In this document: piece by piece, positions 22,287 through 36,710 of the stretch
Layout: each line of letters starts with the position of its first letter
Numbering within the stretch: position 1 is the first letter of the stretch
NCBI GenBank assembly: GCA_965205265.1
Contig: CBDBGH010000003.1
Location: 2,880,001 to 2,944,000, forward strand
Direction of reading: 5' to 3'
DNA length: 64,000 nt
Source of the DNA: Alphaproteobacteria bacterium
Lineage (GTDB): Bacteria; Pseudomonadota; Alphaproteobacteria; Bin95
Program-made: the position numbers and the translations under genes
Notes under the pieces: model-generated
Told to the model about the DNA's origin: nothing
What the model saw: the letters and a program-made list of their open reading frames with translations, nothing else
The model's database searches: none

Positions 22287-22931
22287 ATGGGGCTCAGGGG
22301 GCAGGTCGTGCCGGTCACGCCGTTCCAGCAGAACTGCTCGATCGTATGGTCGGAGGCGACCATGACGGGCGCGGTGATCGACCCGGGCGGCGACCTGCCG
22401 CGCATCCGGGCCGCCGTCGAGCAGGCGGGAGTGGCGGTCGAGAAGATCCTGCTGACCCACGGTCATGTCGATCACGCCGCCGGCGCCGGAACGCTCGCCG
22501 CCGAGCTTGGCGTGCCCATCGAAGGCCCGCATGAGGCCGACCGCTTCCTGATCGAGGGCCTGCCGGAACAGGCGGAGCAGTTCGGCTTCGGGCCCGCCAT
22601 CGCTTTCGAGCCCGCGCGCTGGCTCGACGAGGGCGACGAAGTGACGGTCTCCGACCTTGTGCTGGAGGTGCGCCACTGTCCCGGCCACACGCCGGGCCAT
22701 GTGATCTTCTTCCACCGGCCGTCCAACCTCGCCGTGGTGGGCGACGTGCTGTTCCAGGGGTCCATCGGGCGGACCGACCTGCCGGGCGGCGACCATGCGG
22801 CGCTCATCCACTCGATCCGCACCAGGCTCTGGCCGCTCGGCTCCGACATAACCTTCCTGCCGGGCCACGGGCCCATGTCCACCTTCGCCGCCGAACGGGC
22901 CGCAAACCCCTTCGTCGGCGACGGCGTTTAG
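22287..22931 (+). CDS. MBL-fold metallohydrolase (YcbL/glyoxalase II-like)
   Basis: THGHVDH, PGHTPGH, GDVLF, PGHGP. Confidence 0.9.
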   Translation: MGLRGQVVPVTPFQQNCSIVWSEATMTGAVIDPGGDLPRIRAAVEQAGVAVEKILLTHGHVDHAAGAGTLAAELGVPIEGPHEADRFLIEGLPEQAEQFGFGPAIAFEPARWLDEGDEVTVSDLVLEVRHCPGHTPGHVIFFHRPSNLAVVGDVLFQGSIGRTDLPGGDHAALIHSIRTRLWPLGSDITFLPGHGPMSTFAAERAANPFVGDGV

Positions 22932-23000
22932 CGCCCCGTTCCGACGCTCACGCGCCGTTGTCCGAGTCTCTGCATCCCGTCATGGCCGGCCGTCCCAAGT

Positions 23001-23444
23001 CGTCATGGCCGGACTTGTTCCATTGCTGTCCGGTTTAGATTTTATGGACAGGACGTATGGCTCGAATTCAACCGGGTTTCGAGGGGTTCGGCGGGATCGG
23101 GACCCGGATCGACGCCCGGCGTCCCGACCCTCACATCGTCATACCCGCCCCATATCGTCATACCCGGACTTGTTCCGGGTATCTCTCTCAAGCGGCTCAG
23201 CCGGGCGGCCGTGTGGATACCCGGAACAAGTCCGGGTATGACGGAGAAGCCTGTCCTGAGCTTGTCGAAGGAGGGCGTTGGGGCCTCACGGGCAAGGGGC
23301 GGATCGCAGACGCAGTGCGCTCCCGACACCCCGTTCGGCTCCCCCCGATGGCTAAACCGGACAGCCGTGGACTTGTTCCGGCCATCCGCTTCCGCCGCCG
23401 CGAGCGCCCCGAGAGAGATGCCCGGAACAAGTCCGGGCATGACG
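23001..23444. repeat. Cluster of REP-like palindromic repeats (GTCATRCCCGGACTTGTTCCGGGYATC family)
   Basis: One intact unit at ~23156-23242 and one split unit at 23001-23020 plus 23370-23444; the same family recurs at 46139. Confidence 0.85.
23021..23369. mobile_element. MITE-like non-autonomous element inserted in a REP-like palindrome
   Basis: 18-bp terminal inverted repeats (CATTGCTGTCCGGTTTAG / CTAAACCGGACAGCCGTG, 2 mismatches) flanked by the 9-bp direct repeat GACTTGTTC at 23012-23020 and 23370-23378. Confidence 0.75.
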
Positions 23445-23500
23445 GGGGGATGACGTTCGGGCGTGACGGAGGAGCAGCCGGGGCCTCGGGAAACGGGCTG

Positions 23501-24022
23501 CTACTCCTCCAGCTTGAGCCCCGGAATTCCGAGTTTTCCGGTGCGCTCGATCTTGGCCACGATGCGCGCATCGTGGCGGAACCACTGGCCGGACGGCTTG
23601 TCCGGATTGGCCTTGGCCCATTCCTTGACGAACCAGTTGCCGCGCGCCCATTTGCCGTCCGGGTCCGCCGATTTCTTGAACTGCACGGCGAACATCGGCA
23701 GCTTCGGGTTCTCGATCAGCAGCCCGTCCACGATGGTCTTCTTGCCGCAGAAGGGCACGAGGTCGGCCTGCGTGCCGGCGAAGGGATCGAAGTTCTTGGC
23801 CGCCGGGATGAGCCGGCCTTCCTCGGTGAGCAGGCCGAGCTGGCGCTTGCCGCCGCCGCAATTCTCCGGGCAGTCGCCGGTGAGCACGCAGGCGATATCG
23901 ACGACGGTCACGGTCAGCCGCGCCTTCTCCTCATATTCGATGCCCCATTCCTCGGCGGCGAAGGCGGGCGCGGCGATCAGCAGAAGGCCGGCAAGAGCGG
24001 ACAGGATACGCATGGCGCTCAC
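23501..24022 (-). CDS. Secreted hypothetical protein with DxxC...CxxxC motif
   Basis: Signal peptide ending AFA; DIACVLTGDCPENCGGG; 4-bp overlap with the upstream gene. Confidence 0.8.
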   Translation of the reverse strand: MSAMRILSALAGLLLIAAPAFAAEEWGIEYEEKARLTVTVVDIACVLTGDCPENCGGGKRQLGLLTEEGRLIPAAKNFDPFAGTQADLVPFCGKKTIVDGLLIENPKLPMFAVQFKKSADPDGKWARGNWFVKEWAKANPDKPSGQWFRHDARIVAKIERTGKLGIPGLKLEE

Positions 24023-24435
24023 TCCCCGAACGGCATGATGCCGTATTCTTCGTGGGTCAGGTTGACGACGCCGCCGTCTTCGGCGACCTCGGTCACGATC
24101 AGGTAGTTGACGCCGTCGCGCCTGTAGAGGTCGCCGTCCACCGTGACCCGGTGGGACTGGATGTCGATGACGCGCGGATTGTCCACCGGGTCCTCGTCCT
24201 CGATGCGGAGCACCATATAGACCGTCCCGTCATCGCCCTTGATGGAGACCGGGATGCCGCCCACCGCGCACCAGACGGCGCACTGATGATGCGCCGTGCC
24301 CTCGGCGAACATGATCTCGGTGACATAGCACCATGTGTCGATGACCTCGCCCGCGATGCGGACGCGCTCCGGCGCCGCCGCCTGCGCCCCGGAAACGCAG
24401 GCGAGCGCCAGAATTCCCGCCAGCAGTGCCCTCAT
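24019..24435 (-). CDS. Secreted hypothetical protein with DxxCY...HxxCAxxC motif
   Basis: Signal peptide ending AQA; DTWCY...HHQCAVWCAVGGIP. Confidence 0.8.
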   Translation of the reverse strand: MRALLAGILALACVSGAQAAAPERVRIAGEVIDTWCYVTEIMFAEGTAHHQCAVWCAVGGIPVSIKGDDGTVYMVLRIEDEDPVDNPRVIDIQSHRVTVDGDLYRRDGVNYLIVTEVAEDGGVVNLTHEEYGIMPFGE

Positions 24436-24809
24436 TCAACCGCACTCCTCAGATAAGCGATAACGGCCGCGCGCTGCCCGGCTTTCCTGAAGCCCGGAAA
24501 CGCCATGCGCGTGCCCTTTGCGAACGCTCTCGGCTTGGTCAGCCAGGCGTCCAGGTTTTCCTCGGTCCAGGTCTTGCCCTTGTGCCTGCTGAGCCCCTTG
24601 GAATATTTGAAGCCCGGCGCCGAGGCGATGGGCCGGCCGACCACGCCCCAGAGGTTCGGGCCGACCTTCTTCTTGCCGGTCTCGTCGAGGCGGTGGCAGG
24701 TCGTGCATTTCTTCTTGAAGAGCTTCGCCCCGTCGCTGGCGTCCGCAGCGGCCGGCGCAGCCATGCCGGCAAGCAGCCCCGCCGCCAGGACCAGTCCCAG
24801 AATTCGCAT
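24432..24809 (-). CDS. Cytochrome c, class I (c2-like)
   Basis: Signal peptide, CTTCH heme motif, GPNLWGV, GTRM distal Met. Confidence 0.93.
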   Translation of the reverse strand: MRILGLVLAAGLLAGMAAPAAADASDGAKLFKKKCTTCHRLDETGKKKVGPNLWGVVGRPIASAPGFKYSKGLSRHKGKTWTEENLDAWLTKPRAFAKGTRMAFPGFRKAGQRAAVIAYLRSAVE

Positions 24810-24960
24810 GAACCGGCCCCCTTTCCTCCCTCGGCGCCCGGCGTCAAATTACAGTCCGGAGAGGCCCGGCACCAGCATTCCGGCCGGCCGGCTCTTCACT
24901 TTTCCGTGTGCAACCGCGCCGCTTTTCCGTTACACTGAAATTTCGGTCATGGCGACCGTG

Positions 24961-24980
24961 ACCTACAAGATGTTGTAGGT
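24961..24980. promoter_or_regulatory. NrdR box
   Basis: Palindrome ACCTACAA-GATG-TTGTAGGT resembling the NrdR consensus, ~40 bp upstream of nrdA. Confidence 0.75.
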
Positions 24981-25022
24981 AATGGGGAAAAACTGCGTAC
25001 CGGTTGTGTGTGGAGGCAAGGT

Positions 25023-26903
25023 ATGGACGGCGCAGGCGCATTGGAGCTCCGAGACCGCGCGACGGACAACGCGGCGCCGCTGCTGCGCGGCCTCACCGCC
25101 CATGAGGTCTATCAGAACGAGCGCGGAATCCGCGTCGCGCTCGACCGCAGCCGCGACGGTCTGCTGACGAAATTCGGCAGGGAGACGCTGGAAGACCGCT
25201 ACCTGATGCCGGGCGAATCCTACCAGGACCTGTTCGCCCGCGTCGCCGGGCATTTCGCCGACGACAGCGCGCATGCCCAGCGTCTCTACGACTACATTTC
25301 CCGGCTCTGGTTCATGCCGGCGACGCCCGTGCTGTCCAACGGCGGCACCAGGCGCGGCCTGCCGATCTCCTGCTTCCTGAACGAGGCCGACGACAGCCTG
25401 GAGGGCATTGTCGGGCTCTGGACGGAGAATGTGTGGCTGGCGGCGCGCGGCGGCGGCATCGGCAGCTATTGGGGGAACCTCCGCTCCATCGGCGAAAAGG
25501 TCGGGCAGAACGGGCGCACCTCCGGCGTCATCCCCTTCGTGCGCGTCATGGATTCGCTGACGCTGGCCATCAGCCAGGGCAGCCTCCGGCGCGGCTCGGC
25601 GGCGGTTTACATGCAGGCGAGCCACCCGGAGATCGAGGAGTTCGTGGAGCTGCGCCGGCCGACCGGCGGCGACCCCAACCGCAAGGCGCTCAACCTGCAT
25701 CACGGCGTGCTGGTGCCCGACGCCTTCATGCGCGCCGTCGAGGCGGACGAGGAATGGGCGCTCATCAGCCCGCGCGACCACAGCGTGCAGAACCGCATCC
25801 GCGCCCGCGACCTCTGGATCCGCATCCTGACGGCGCGGATCGAGACCGGCGAGCCCTATCTCATCTTCATCGACCATGTGAACCGCGCCCGGCCGGAGCA
25901 CCACAAGCTGGCGGGCCTCGAGGTGAAGACCTCGAACCTCTGTTCCGAAATCGTGCTGCCGACCGGCCCGGACCATCGTGGCGGCGAGCGCACGGCCGTG
26001 TGCTGCCTCTCCTCGCTCAACCTCGAGCGCTACCTCGAATGGGAGAAGGCGCCGGGTTTCATCGAGGACGTGATGCGCTTCCTCGACAATGTGCTTGAGG
26101 ACTTCATCGAGAACGCGCCGGAGAGCATGAGCACGGCCGCTTATGCGGCGATGCGCGAGCGCTCGGTGGGGCTCGGCGTCATGGGCTTCCACAGCTTCCT
26201 GCAAAGCATGGACGTGCCGTTCGAATCCGTCATGGCGTCGGTCTGGAACCGGCGCATCTTCGCCCGCATCCGGGCGGATACCGGCGCGGCGTCGAAGCGG
26301 CTGGCGGACGAGCGCGGCCCCTGTCCGGACGCCGCCGATTTCGGCATGGCCGAGCGCTTCTCCAACAAGACCGCGATTGCGCCCACCGCCTCCATCTCGA
26401 TTATCTGCGGCGGCGCCTCGCCCGGCATCGAGCCGCTGGCGGCCAACGCCTATACCCACAAGACGCTCTCCGGCTCCTTCGCCGTGCGCAACCGCTATCT
26501 GGAGGCGGTGCTGGAGGAAGCCGGCCGCAATGACGAGGAGACCTGGTCCTCGATCACGGTCAATGAGGGCTCGGTGCAGCATCTCGACTTCCTGACCGAA
26601 GACCAGAAGGCTGTGTTCAAGACGGCGTTCGAGCTCGACCAGCGCTGGATCGTGGACCTCGCCGCCGAGCGCGCGCCGATGGTGGACCAAGCCCAGTCGG
26701 TCAATCTCTTCCTGCCGGCGGACATCCACAAGCGCGACCTGCACGGCCTGCACCACATGGCATGGAAGCGCGGCCTGAAGAGCCTCTATTACTGCCGCTC
26801 GAAATCGCTCCAGCGCGCCGAGGCGGTGGGCGGCAAGCGCGTGGCGCGGCAGGACGAGGCGCCGCTCCGGGTCGATTACGAAGAGTGCCTCGCATGCCAG
26901 TGA
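25023..26903 (+). CDS. nrdA: Class I ribonucleotide reductase alpha subunit (short, no evident ATP cone)
   Basis: PATPVL, SCF, SNLCSEI, APTASIS, LYYCRS tyrosine pair, C-terminal CLAC. Confidence 0.93.
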   Translation: MDGAGALELRDRATDNAAPLLRGLTAHEVYQNERGIRVALDRSRDGLLTKFGRETLEDRYLMPGESYQDLFARVAGHFADDSAHAQRLYDYISRLWFMPATPVLSNGGTRRGLPISCFLNEADDSLEGIVGLWTENVWLAARGGGIGSYWGNLRSIGEKVGQNGRTSGVIPFVRVMDSLTLAISQGSLRRGSAAVYMQASHPEIEEFVELRRPTGGDPNRKALNLHHGVLVPDAFMRAVEADEEWALISPRDHSVQNRIRARDLWIRILTARIETGEPYLIFIDHVNRARPEHHKLAGLEVKTSNLCSEIVLPTGPDHRGGERTAVCCLSSLNLERYLEWEKAPGFIEDVMRFLDNVLEDFIENAPESMSTAAYAAMRERSVGLGVMGFHSFLQSMDVPFESVMASVWNRRIFARIRADTGAASKRLADERGPCPDAADFGMAERFSNKTAIAPTASISIICGGASPGIEPLAANAYTHKTLSGSFAVRNRYLEAVLEEAGRNDEETWSSITVNEGSVQHLDFLTEDQKAVFKTAFELDQRWIVDLAAERAPMVDQAQSVNLFLPADIHKRDLHGLHHMAWKRGLKSLYYCRSKSLQRAEAVGGKRVARQDEAPLRVDYEECLACQ

Positions 26904-27640
26904 GCGGCGGGCCGCTTTCCGGAAAGACCGCCCTCGTCACCGGCGCCAGCCGCAATATCGGACGCGAAATCTGCCTGCGGCTCGCGCGCGAGGGCGCGCA
27001 TGTCTGCGTCAACACCCGCCGGGCGGCCGATGCCGCGCGCGCGGTGGTGGCGGAAGTCGAGGCGGCGGGCGGCTCCGCCTCGCTGCACATGGCGGACGTG
27101 ACCGACGAGGCGGCGGTCACGGCGATGGCGGCGGCGGCGGGCCCGGTCGATATCCTGGTCAACAACGCCGCTATCCGCCGCCATGTCCCCTTCCTCGACT
27201 CGACGCTCGCCGACTGGCGCGAGGCGCAGGCGGTCGTCCTCGAAGGGGCCTATCTCTGCGCCCGCGCCGTGCTGGCGTCCATGCAGGCGAAGGGCTGGGG
27301 GCGGATCGTCAATATGGGCGGCGTCTCGGCGCATATGGGCATGGCGGAGCGCGCCCATGTCAGTGCCGCCAAGGCGGGACTGATCGGCTTCACCAAGGGG
27401 CTCGCCAAGGAGTTCGGCCTTGCCGGCATCACCGTCAATTGCGTGGTGCCGGGCGTGATCGACACGGTGCGCGACCCCGGCGGGCTCAGCCCCGGGCAGG
27501 CGAGCGCCGTGCCCATTGCCGTCGGCCGTCAGGGCCGCCCGGAGGAAGTCGCCGAAACGGTCGTGCATCTCTGCCGCCCGGAAAGCGCCTACATCACCGG
27601 CGCCACCATCCATGTGAACGGGGGCGCCTACCTGCCCTGA
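26900..27640 (+). CDS. Short-chain dehydrogenase/reductase (FabG-like)
   Basis: TGASRNIG, NNAA; active site VSAAK lacks the usual Tyr. Confidence 0.85.
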   Translation: MSGGPLSGKTALVTGASRNIGREICLRLAREGAHVCVNTRRAADAARAVVAEVEAAGGSASLHMADVTDEAAVTAMAAAAGPVDILVNNAAIRRHVPFLDSTLADWREAQAVVLEGAYLCARAVLASMQAKGWGRIVNMGGVSAHMGMAERAHVSAAKAGLIGFTKGLAKEFGLAGITVNCVVPGVIDTVRDPGGLSPGQASAVPIAVGRQGRPEEVAETVVHLCRPESAYITGATIHVNGGAYLP

Positions 27641-27681
27641 GCGCGTCCCGGCCGATGACAGCGGCGCATCGCAGGGGTAGC

Positions 27682-28428
27682 ATGGCGGAAAGCCTGAGGG
27701 CGGGAGGCCGCGTCATGGCGTATCTCTTCGAGACCAGCACCGGCCGGATGGGGTCGCGCTTCATGAGCCTGCAGGTTCCTCCCGACTGCTTCCGGGACAT
27801 GGCGCGGATCGACTGGAGCGAGTGTTTCAAGCGGGTCTTTATCGACCCCGTGACGGGATCGATTTCGTTCATGGCGCCCTCGGCGTCGCATGAGAACCGG
27901 TCATCCAGTTCGGACCTTGTCATGATGTCGCTCGACCGCAAGGGCTTTCCCGTCCACGGCTTGGGATCGACGCGCTTCCGCGGCCCCGGCGACAGGGAGG
28001 CCGAACCCGATGCGTGCTATTACGTCGGCATAAAGGTCGGGTGTTATCTCGCTGCGGTCGAGGAAGGCAATGAGGCGCTGGACCGGTTCGCCCGCGAAAC
28101 GCCGCCCGACCTGGTGCTGGAAGTCGAGCGCAGCCATGCCGACCGCGGCAAGCCGTCCTTCTACCGGGATCTGGGCGTCACCGAAATGTGGCGGCTCGAT
28201 ATGTCCGAAAACGACCGCGACGAAGTGGCGTTTCTGGACCTGCAGGCGCCGGGCGGCCCCGCTCCGGCAGGCTCCAGCATCGTGCTTCCCGGCGCAACGC
28301 CGGCGTTCATTCTCGAAGCGCTCGGGCTTGCGGCGCGGCGGCGCTACGAAGAGCTGGACGCCCTGCTCGACCGGTTGCTGGCGGATATGAGGCAGGCGGG
28401 GCCGGCGAACCGCATTATCGAGTCGTAG
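27682..28428 (+). CDS. Uma2/DUF820 family putative PD-(D/E)xK nuclease
   Basis: MAPSASHE, EPDACYY, PPDLVLEVE, YRDLGVTEMW. Confidence 0.8.
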   Translation: MAESLRAGGRVMAYLFETSTGRMGSRFMSLQVPPDCFRDMARIDWSECFKRVFIDPVTGSISFMAPSASHENRSSSSDLVMMSLDRKGFPVHGLGSTRFRGPGDREAEPDACYYVGIKVGCYLAAVEEGNEALDRFARETPPDLVLEVERSHADRGKPSFYRDLGVTEMWRLDMSENDRDEVAFLDLQAPGGPAPAGSSIVLPGATPAFILEALGLAARRRYEELDALLDRLLADMRQAGPANRIIES

Positions 28429-28464
28429 GGCCGCGTCTCATCGAGTGAATTGAAGGCAACGCCG

Positions 28465-29658
28465 ATGGCGAAGCGGCCGGACCTTCGCCCCGGCGAGTTC
28501 GTGCCGCTCATCGCGTTGCTGATGTCTCTCGTCGCGCTCGCGATAGATGCGATGCTGCCCGCTCTTCCCGCCATCGGCCGGGACCTCGGGGCGGCGTGCC
28601 CGAACGATGTCCAGTTCGTGGTAACGGCCTCCTTCCTGGGGCTCGGCCTCGGGCAGATGATCTTCGGCCCGCTCTCCGACAGCATGGGGCGCAGGCCGGC
28701 CATCAATGCCGGTCTCGCGCTGTTCGCGGTCGGATGCTTCATGAGCCTCTTCGCGCCGGACTTCGAGACGATGCTTGCGGGCCGCGTGCTGCAGGGCTTC
28801 GGGGCGGCGGGGCCGCGGGTCGTGGTCATGGCCCTGGTGCGCGACCGGTACGAGGGCGGCCCGATGGCGCGCATCCTTTCCTTCGCGATGGCCGTTTTCA
28901 TACTCGTCCCGGCCCTCGCCCCGGCGCTCGGACAGGCGGTCCAGTGGCTCGGCGGCTGGCGCGCGATCTTCGCCGCCTTCCTCGCGGTCGCCGGGGTCGC
29001 CTTCGCATGGTTCTGGCTTCGCCAGCCGGAAACGCTGCCGCCCGCGCGCCGCCGGCCGTTTTCCCCGAGGGCCATCGGCGGGGGCGTGCTCGAAGTGCTG
29101 AGGATCCGGGCGTCTCTCGGCTATACGCTGGCCACCGGCTTCGTGTTCGCGGCGTTCGTCACCTATCTGAGCTCTGCCCAGCAAATCTTCCAGGAGGCCT
29201 ACACGACCGGCGCGCTCTTCCCGCTCTATTTCGCCGTGCTCGCGCTCGCCATCGGGGCCGCCTCCCTCGCAAACGGCCGCCTCGTGATGACATACGGCAT
29301 GCAGCGGCTCGTCAGGGCGGCGACGATGGCGATGGCGCTCGTCTCGGCAGCCGGGTGGGCGGCGGCGTTCGCCTTCGGGGGGCTTCCGCCGCTCTGGCTG
29401 TTCATCGCCTGCCTGTTCACCGTGTTTCTCTGCATCGGCCTTCTCTTCGGAAATCTCATTGCTCTTGCAATGGAGCCCCTCGGCCATATCGCCGGCGTCG
29501 GCTCGGCCGTGGTCACGTCCCTTTCCACCTTCATCTCGATACCGCTCGGCGCGGCGGTGGCGCTCGGTTTCGACGGCACGATCTATCCGCTGACCGCCGC
29601 CTTCGCCGTGTTCGGGGCGGCGGCCTGGACCGCAATCCGCTGGGCCGGGAGGACCTGA
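28465..29658 (+). CDS. MFS drug efflux transporter (Bcr/CflA family)
   Basis: AIDAMLPALP, GPLSDSMGRRP, about 12 TM helices. Confidence 0.9.
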   Translation: MAKRPDLRPGEFVPLIALLMSLVALAIDAMLPALPAIGRDLGAACPNDVQFVVTASFLGLGLGQMIFGPLSDSMGRRPAINAGLALFAVGCFMSLFAPDFETMLAGRVLQGFGAAGPRVVVMALVRDRYEGGPMARILSFAMAVFILVPALAPALGQAVQWLGGWRAIFAAFLAVAGVAFAWFWLRQPETLPPARRRPFSPRAIGGGVLEVLRIRASLGYTLATGFVFAAFVTYLSSAQQIFQEAYTTGALFPLYFAVLALAIGAASLANGRLVMTYGMQRLVRAATMAMALVSAAGWAAAFAFGGLPPLWLFIACLFTVFLCIGLLFGNLIALAMEPLGHIAGVGSAVVTSLSTFISIPLGAAVALGFDGTIYPLTAAFAVFGAAAWTAIRWAGRT

Positions 29659-29668
29659 GCCAGAGGGC

Positions 29669-30880
29669 CTATCCCGGCCGCGACAGGCGGTACCAGGCCC
29701 AGGCGAGGAGCTGGAGGGCGAGCAGGCCGCCGAAAGCCGTCCGGTAGGCCTCTTCCGGATAGCGGCCCTCCTCCGCCTCCCAGAAGTCCAGCACGCCGCC
29801 GATGGCGTACTGGATGGCGAAGGCGCCGAGAAAGACCAGCAGGTTGAGCGCGGTATTAGCGCGGCCCGCCAGCACGGAGCCGAAATAGGCCGAGAGATAG
29901 GCATAGGAGAGAATGGTCATCTGGCCGGTCATGGCGAACACGGCCCAGAACGCCGTGGCGGGCGGCCAGAGGCCGAGCACGATGGCGAGCAGCGAGGCGA
30001 GGAAAACCGCCACGATAACCTCGACCACCGCCATCAGGGAGATGCCGCGCCGGTTCGCCCAGTCGCCGAGCGCGCCCGCAAGCAGGATGCCGGCGATGAA
30101 GGCGGCCGCCATCAGGAAGAGCGTCGCGGCGGTCTGCTCCGGGTCGAGGCCGCCCACATCGCGCAGCCAGGGCGCGGCCCAGAGCGTCTGGAGCGCGATA
30201 TGCGCGCCGCAGGTCCCCGCGATGACGGGCGCGAGGCTCCAGAAGGTGCGGTCCCGATAGACATGCGCGATGCCGGCGATCTGCGCCCGGAAGCCGCCGG
30301 CGCTCAGCATGTCCGGCTTCTCGCGCGGCGCCAGCAGGAAGATCGCCGAGGCCGCAAGCGCGACCGCCCCGCCGAGCCCCGCGAACACCGCCCGCCAGCC
30401 CCAGGCCGCCACGGCCATATGCGCAGGCTCCGTCGCCGCCAGCACGCCGAAGCCGCCGAATACCATGACGAGCGCGTTGAACAGTGGCACGCGCTCAGGC
30501 GGCGCCCACAGCACCACCGCCTTGAAGGACGCCATCAGCCCGCCGGCGAAGCCGAGCCCGATCAGGAGGCGCGCGCCCACCAGCATGTCCGCCGACCCAC
30601 CGGCCGCGAACAGGACGGAGCCGAGCGCCGAGACCATGAGCAGGCAGGCCTGCACCCGGCGCGGGCCGAAGCGGTCCAGCAGCACGCCGAGCGGCAGCTG
30701 GAAGGCGCCGAAACCGAACAGGTAGGCGGCGGTAATCAGCCCGAGCCCCTCGGCCGTCACGCCGACATCGCGCTCCAGGTCCGCCACCACCACGGCGTTC
30801 ACCGCGCGCAGCAGGTAGGACATGAAGTAGCCGAGGCCGAAGGGGGCTACGACCGCGGCCCAGAGGCGCCAGGGGCTCAT
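29669..30880 (-). CDS. MFS transporter
   Basis: GVLLDRFGPRR motif A; many TM helices. Confidence 0.88.
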   Translation of the reverse strand: MSPWRLWAAVVAPFGLGYFMSYLLRAVNAVVVADLERDVGVTAEGLGLITAAYLFGFGAFQLPLGVLLDRFGPRRVQACLLMVSALGSVLFAAGGSADMLVGARLLIGLGFAGGLMASFKAVVLWAPPERVPLFNALVMVFGGFGVLAATEPAHMAVAAWGWRAVFAGLGGAVALAASAIFLLAPREKPDMLSAGGFRAQIAGIAHVYRDRTFWSLAPVIAGTCGAHIALQTLWAAPWLRDVGGLDPEQTAATLFLMAAAFIAGILLAGALGDWANRRGISLMAVVEVIVAVFLASLLAIVLGLWPPATAFWAVFAMTGQMTILSYAYLSAYFGSVLAGRANTALNLLVFLGAFAIQYAIGGVLDFWEAEEGRYPEEAYRTAFGGLLALQLLAWAWYRLSRPG

Positions 30881-30890
30881 GGACGCTCCC

Positions 30891-31667
30891 TCACATCGCG
30901 GCGATGCCGCCGTCCACGAAGAGCTCCGAGCCGGTGGTGAAGCTGCTCTCGTCGGAGGCGAGGTAGAGGATGGCGTAGGCGACCTCCTCCGCCTGCCCGA
31001 CGCGCCCGATGGGCACCTGGCGGGCGAGCTTCCTCAGCGCCTCTTCCGCCCCGAACCGCTCCTTGTGGCGGTCGAGGATCGGGGTGTCGATGAAGGTCGG
31101 ATGCACGGAGTTGCAGCGGATCGGCAGGCCCTGCCGGGCGCAATGCAGCGCGACCGACTTGGAGAGGTGGCGCACGCCCGCCTTGGCGGAGTTGTAGGCG
31201 GCCATGTTGTGCCCGGCGATGACGCCCGCGATCGAGGAGATGTTGACGATGGCGCCCGCGCCGCCGGTCTCCCGGCAATGGTCTGCAATGGCGGGGATGG
31301 CGTGCTTGCAGCCGAGGAACACGCCGTCGAGGTCTATGGCGTGCACCAGCCGCCACTCCTCCAGCTCGATCTCGGTGACGGGCTTGGTGAGGCCGATGCC
31401 GGCGCTCTGCACCAGGATGTTGAGCCCGCCGAAGCGCTCGACGGTCTCCGCCACGGCCGCCTCCCAGGCCGCCTCGTCGGTCACGTCGTGGCGGATGAAG
31501 GCCGCATCGGCCCCGAGCTCCGCCGCGAGCGCGCGTCCCCTCGCCTCGTCGATATCGGTGATCGCAACCCGCCCGCCCTCGCGCAGGAACATCGCCGCCG
31601 TCGCCGCCCCCAGCCCCGAGGCGCCCCCGGTAATCAGCGCAATCTTGCCTTCGATCCGTCCGGTCAT
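30891..31667 (-). CDS. Short-chain dehydrogenase/reductase
   Basis: TGGASGLG, YNSAK, NSVHP. Confidence 0.9.
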   Translation of the reverse strand: MTGRIEGKIALITGGASGLGAATAAMFLREGGRVAITDIDEARGRALAAELGADAAFIRHDVTDEAAWEAAVAETVERFGGLNILVQSAGIGLTKPVTEIELEEWRLVHAIDLDGVFLGCKHAIPAIADHCRETGGAGAIVNISSIAGVIAGHNMAAYNSAKAGVRHLSKSVALHCARQGLPIRCNSVHPTFIDTPILDRHKERFGAEEALRKLARQVPIGRVGQAEEVAYAILYLASDESSFTTGSELFVDGGIAAM

Positions 31668-31681
31668 GCCGGGTCCTCCCC

Positions 31682-36706
<5,025 letters not shown>

Positions 36707-36710
36707 GGTC

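Noticed and set aside
23001-23444. Possible CRISPR array
   Set aside because: The repeats are inverted pairs with irregular spacing rather than direct repeat-spacer units, and no cas genes are present
27682-28428. Uma2 nuclease as part of a defence system
   Set aside because: Solitary gene with no methylase, toxin-antitoxin or other defence partner nearby
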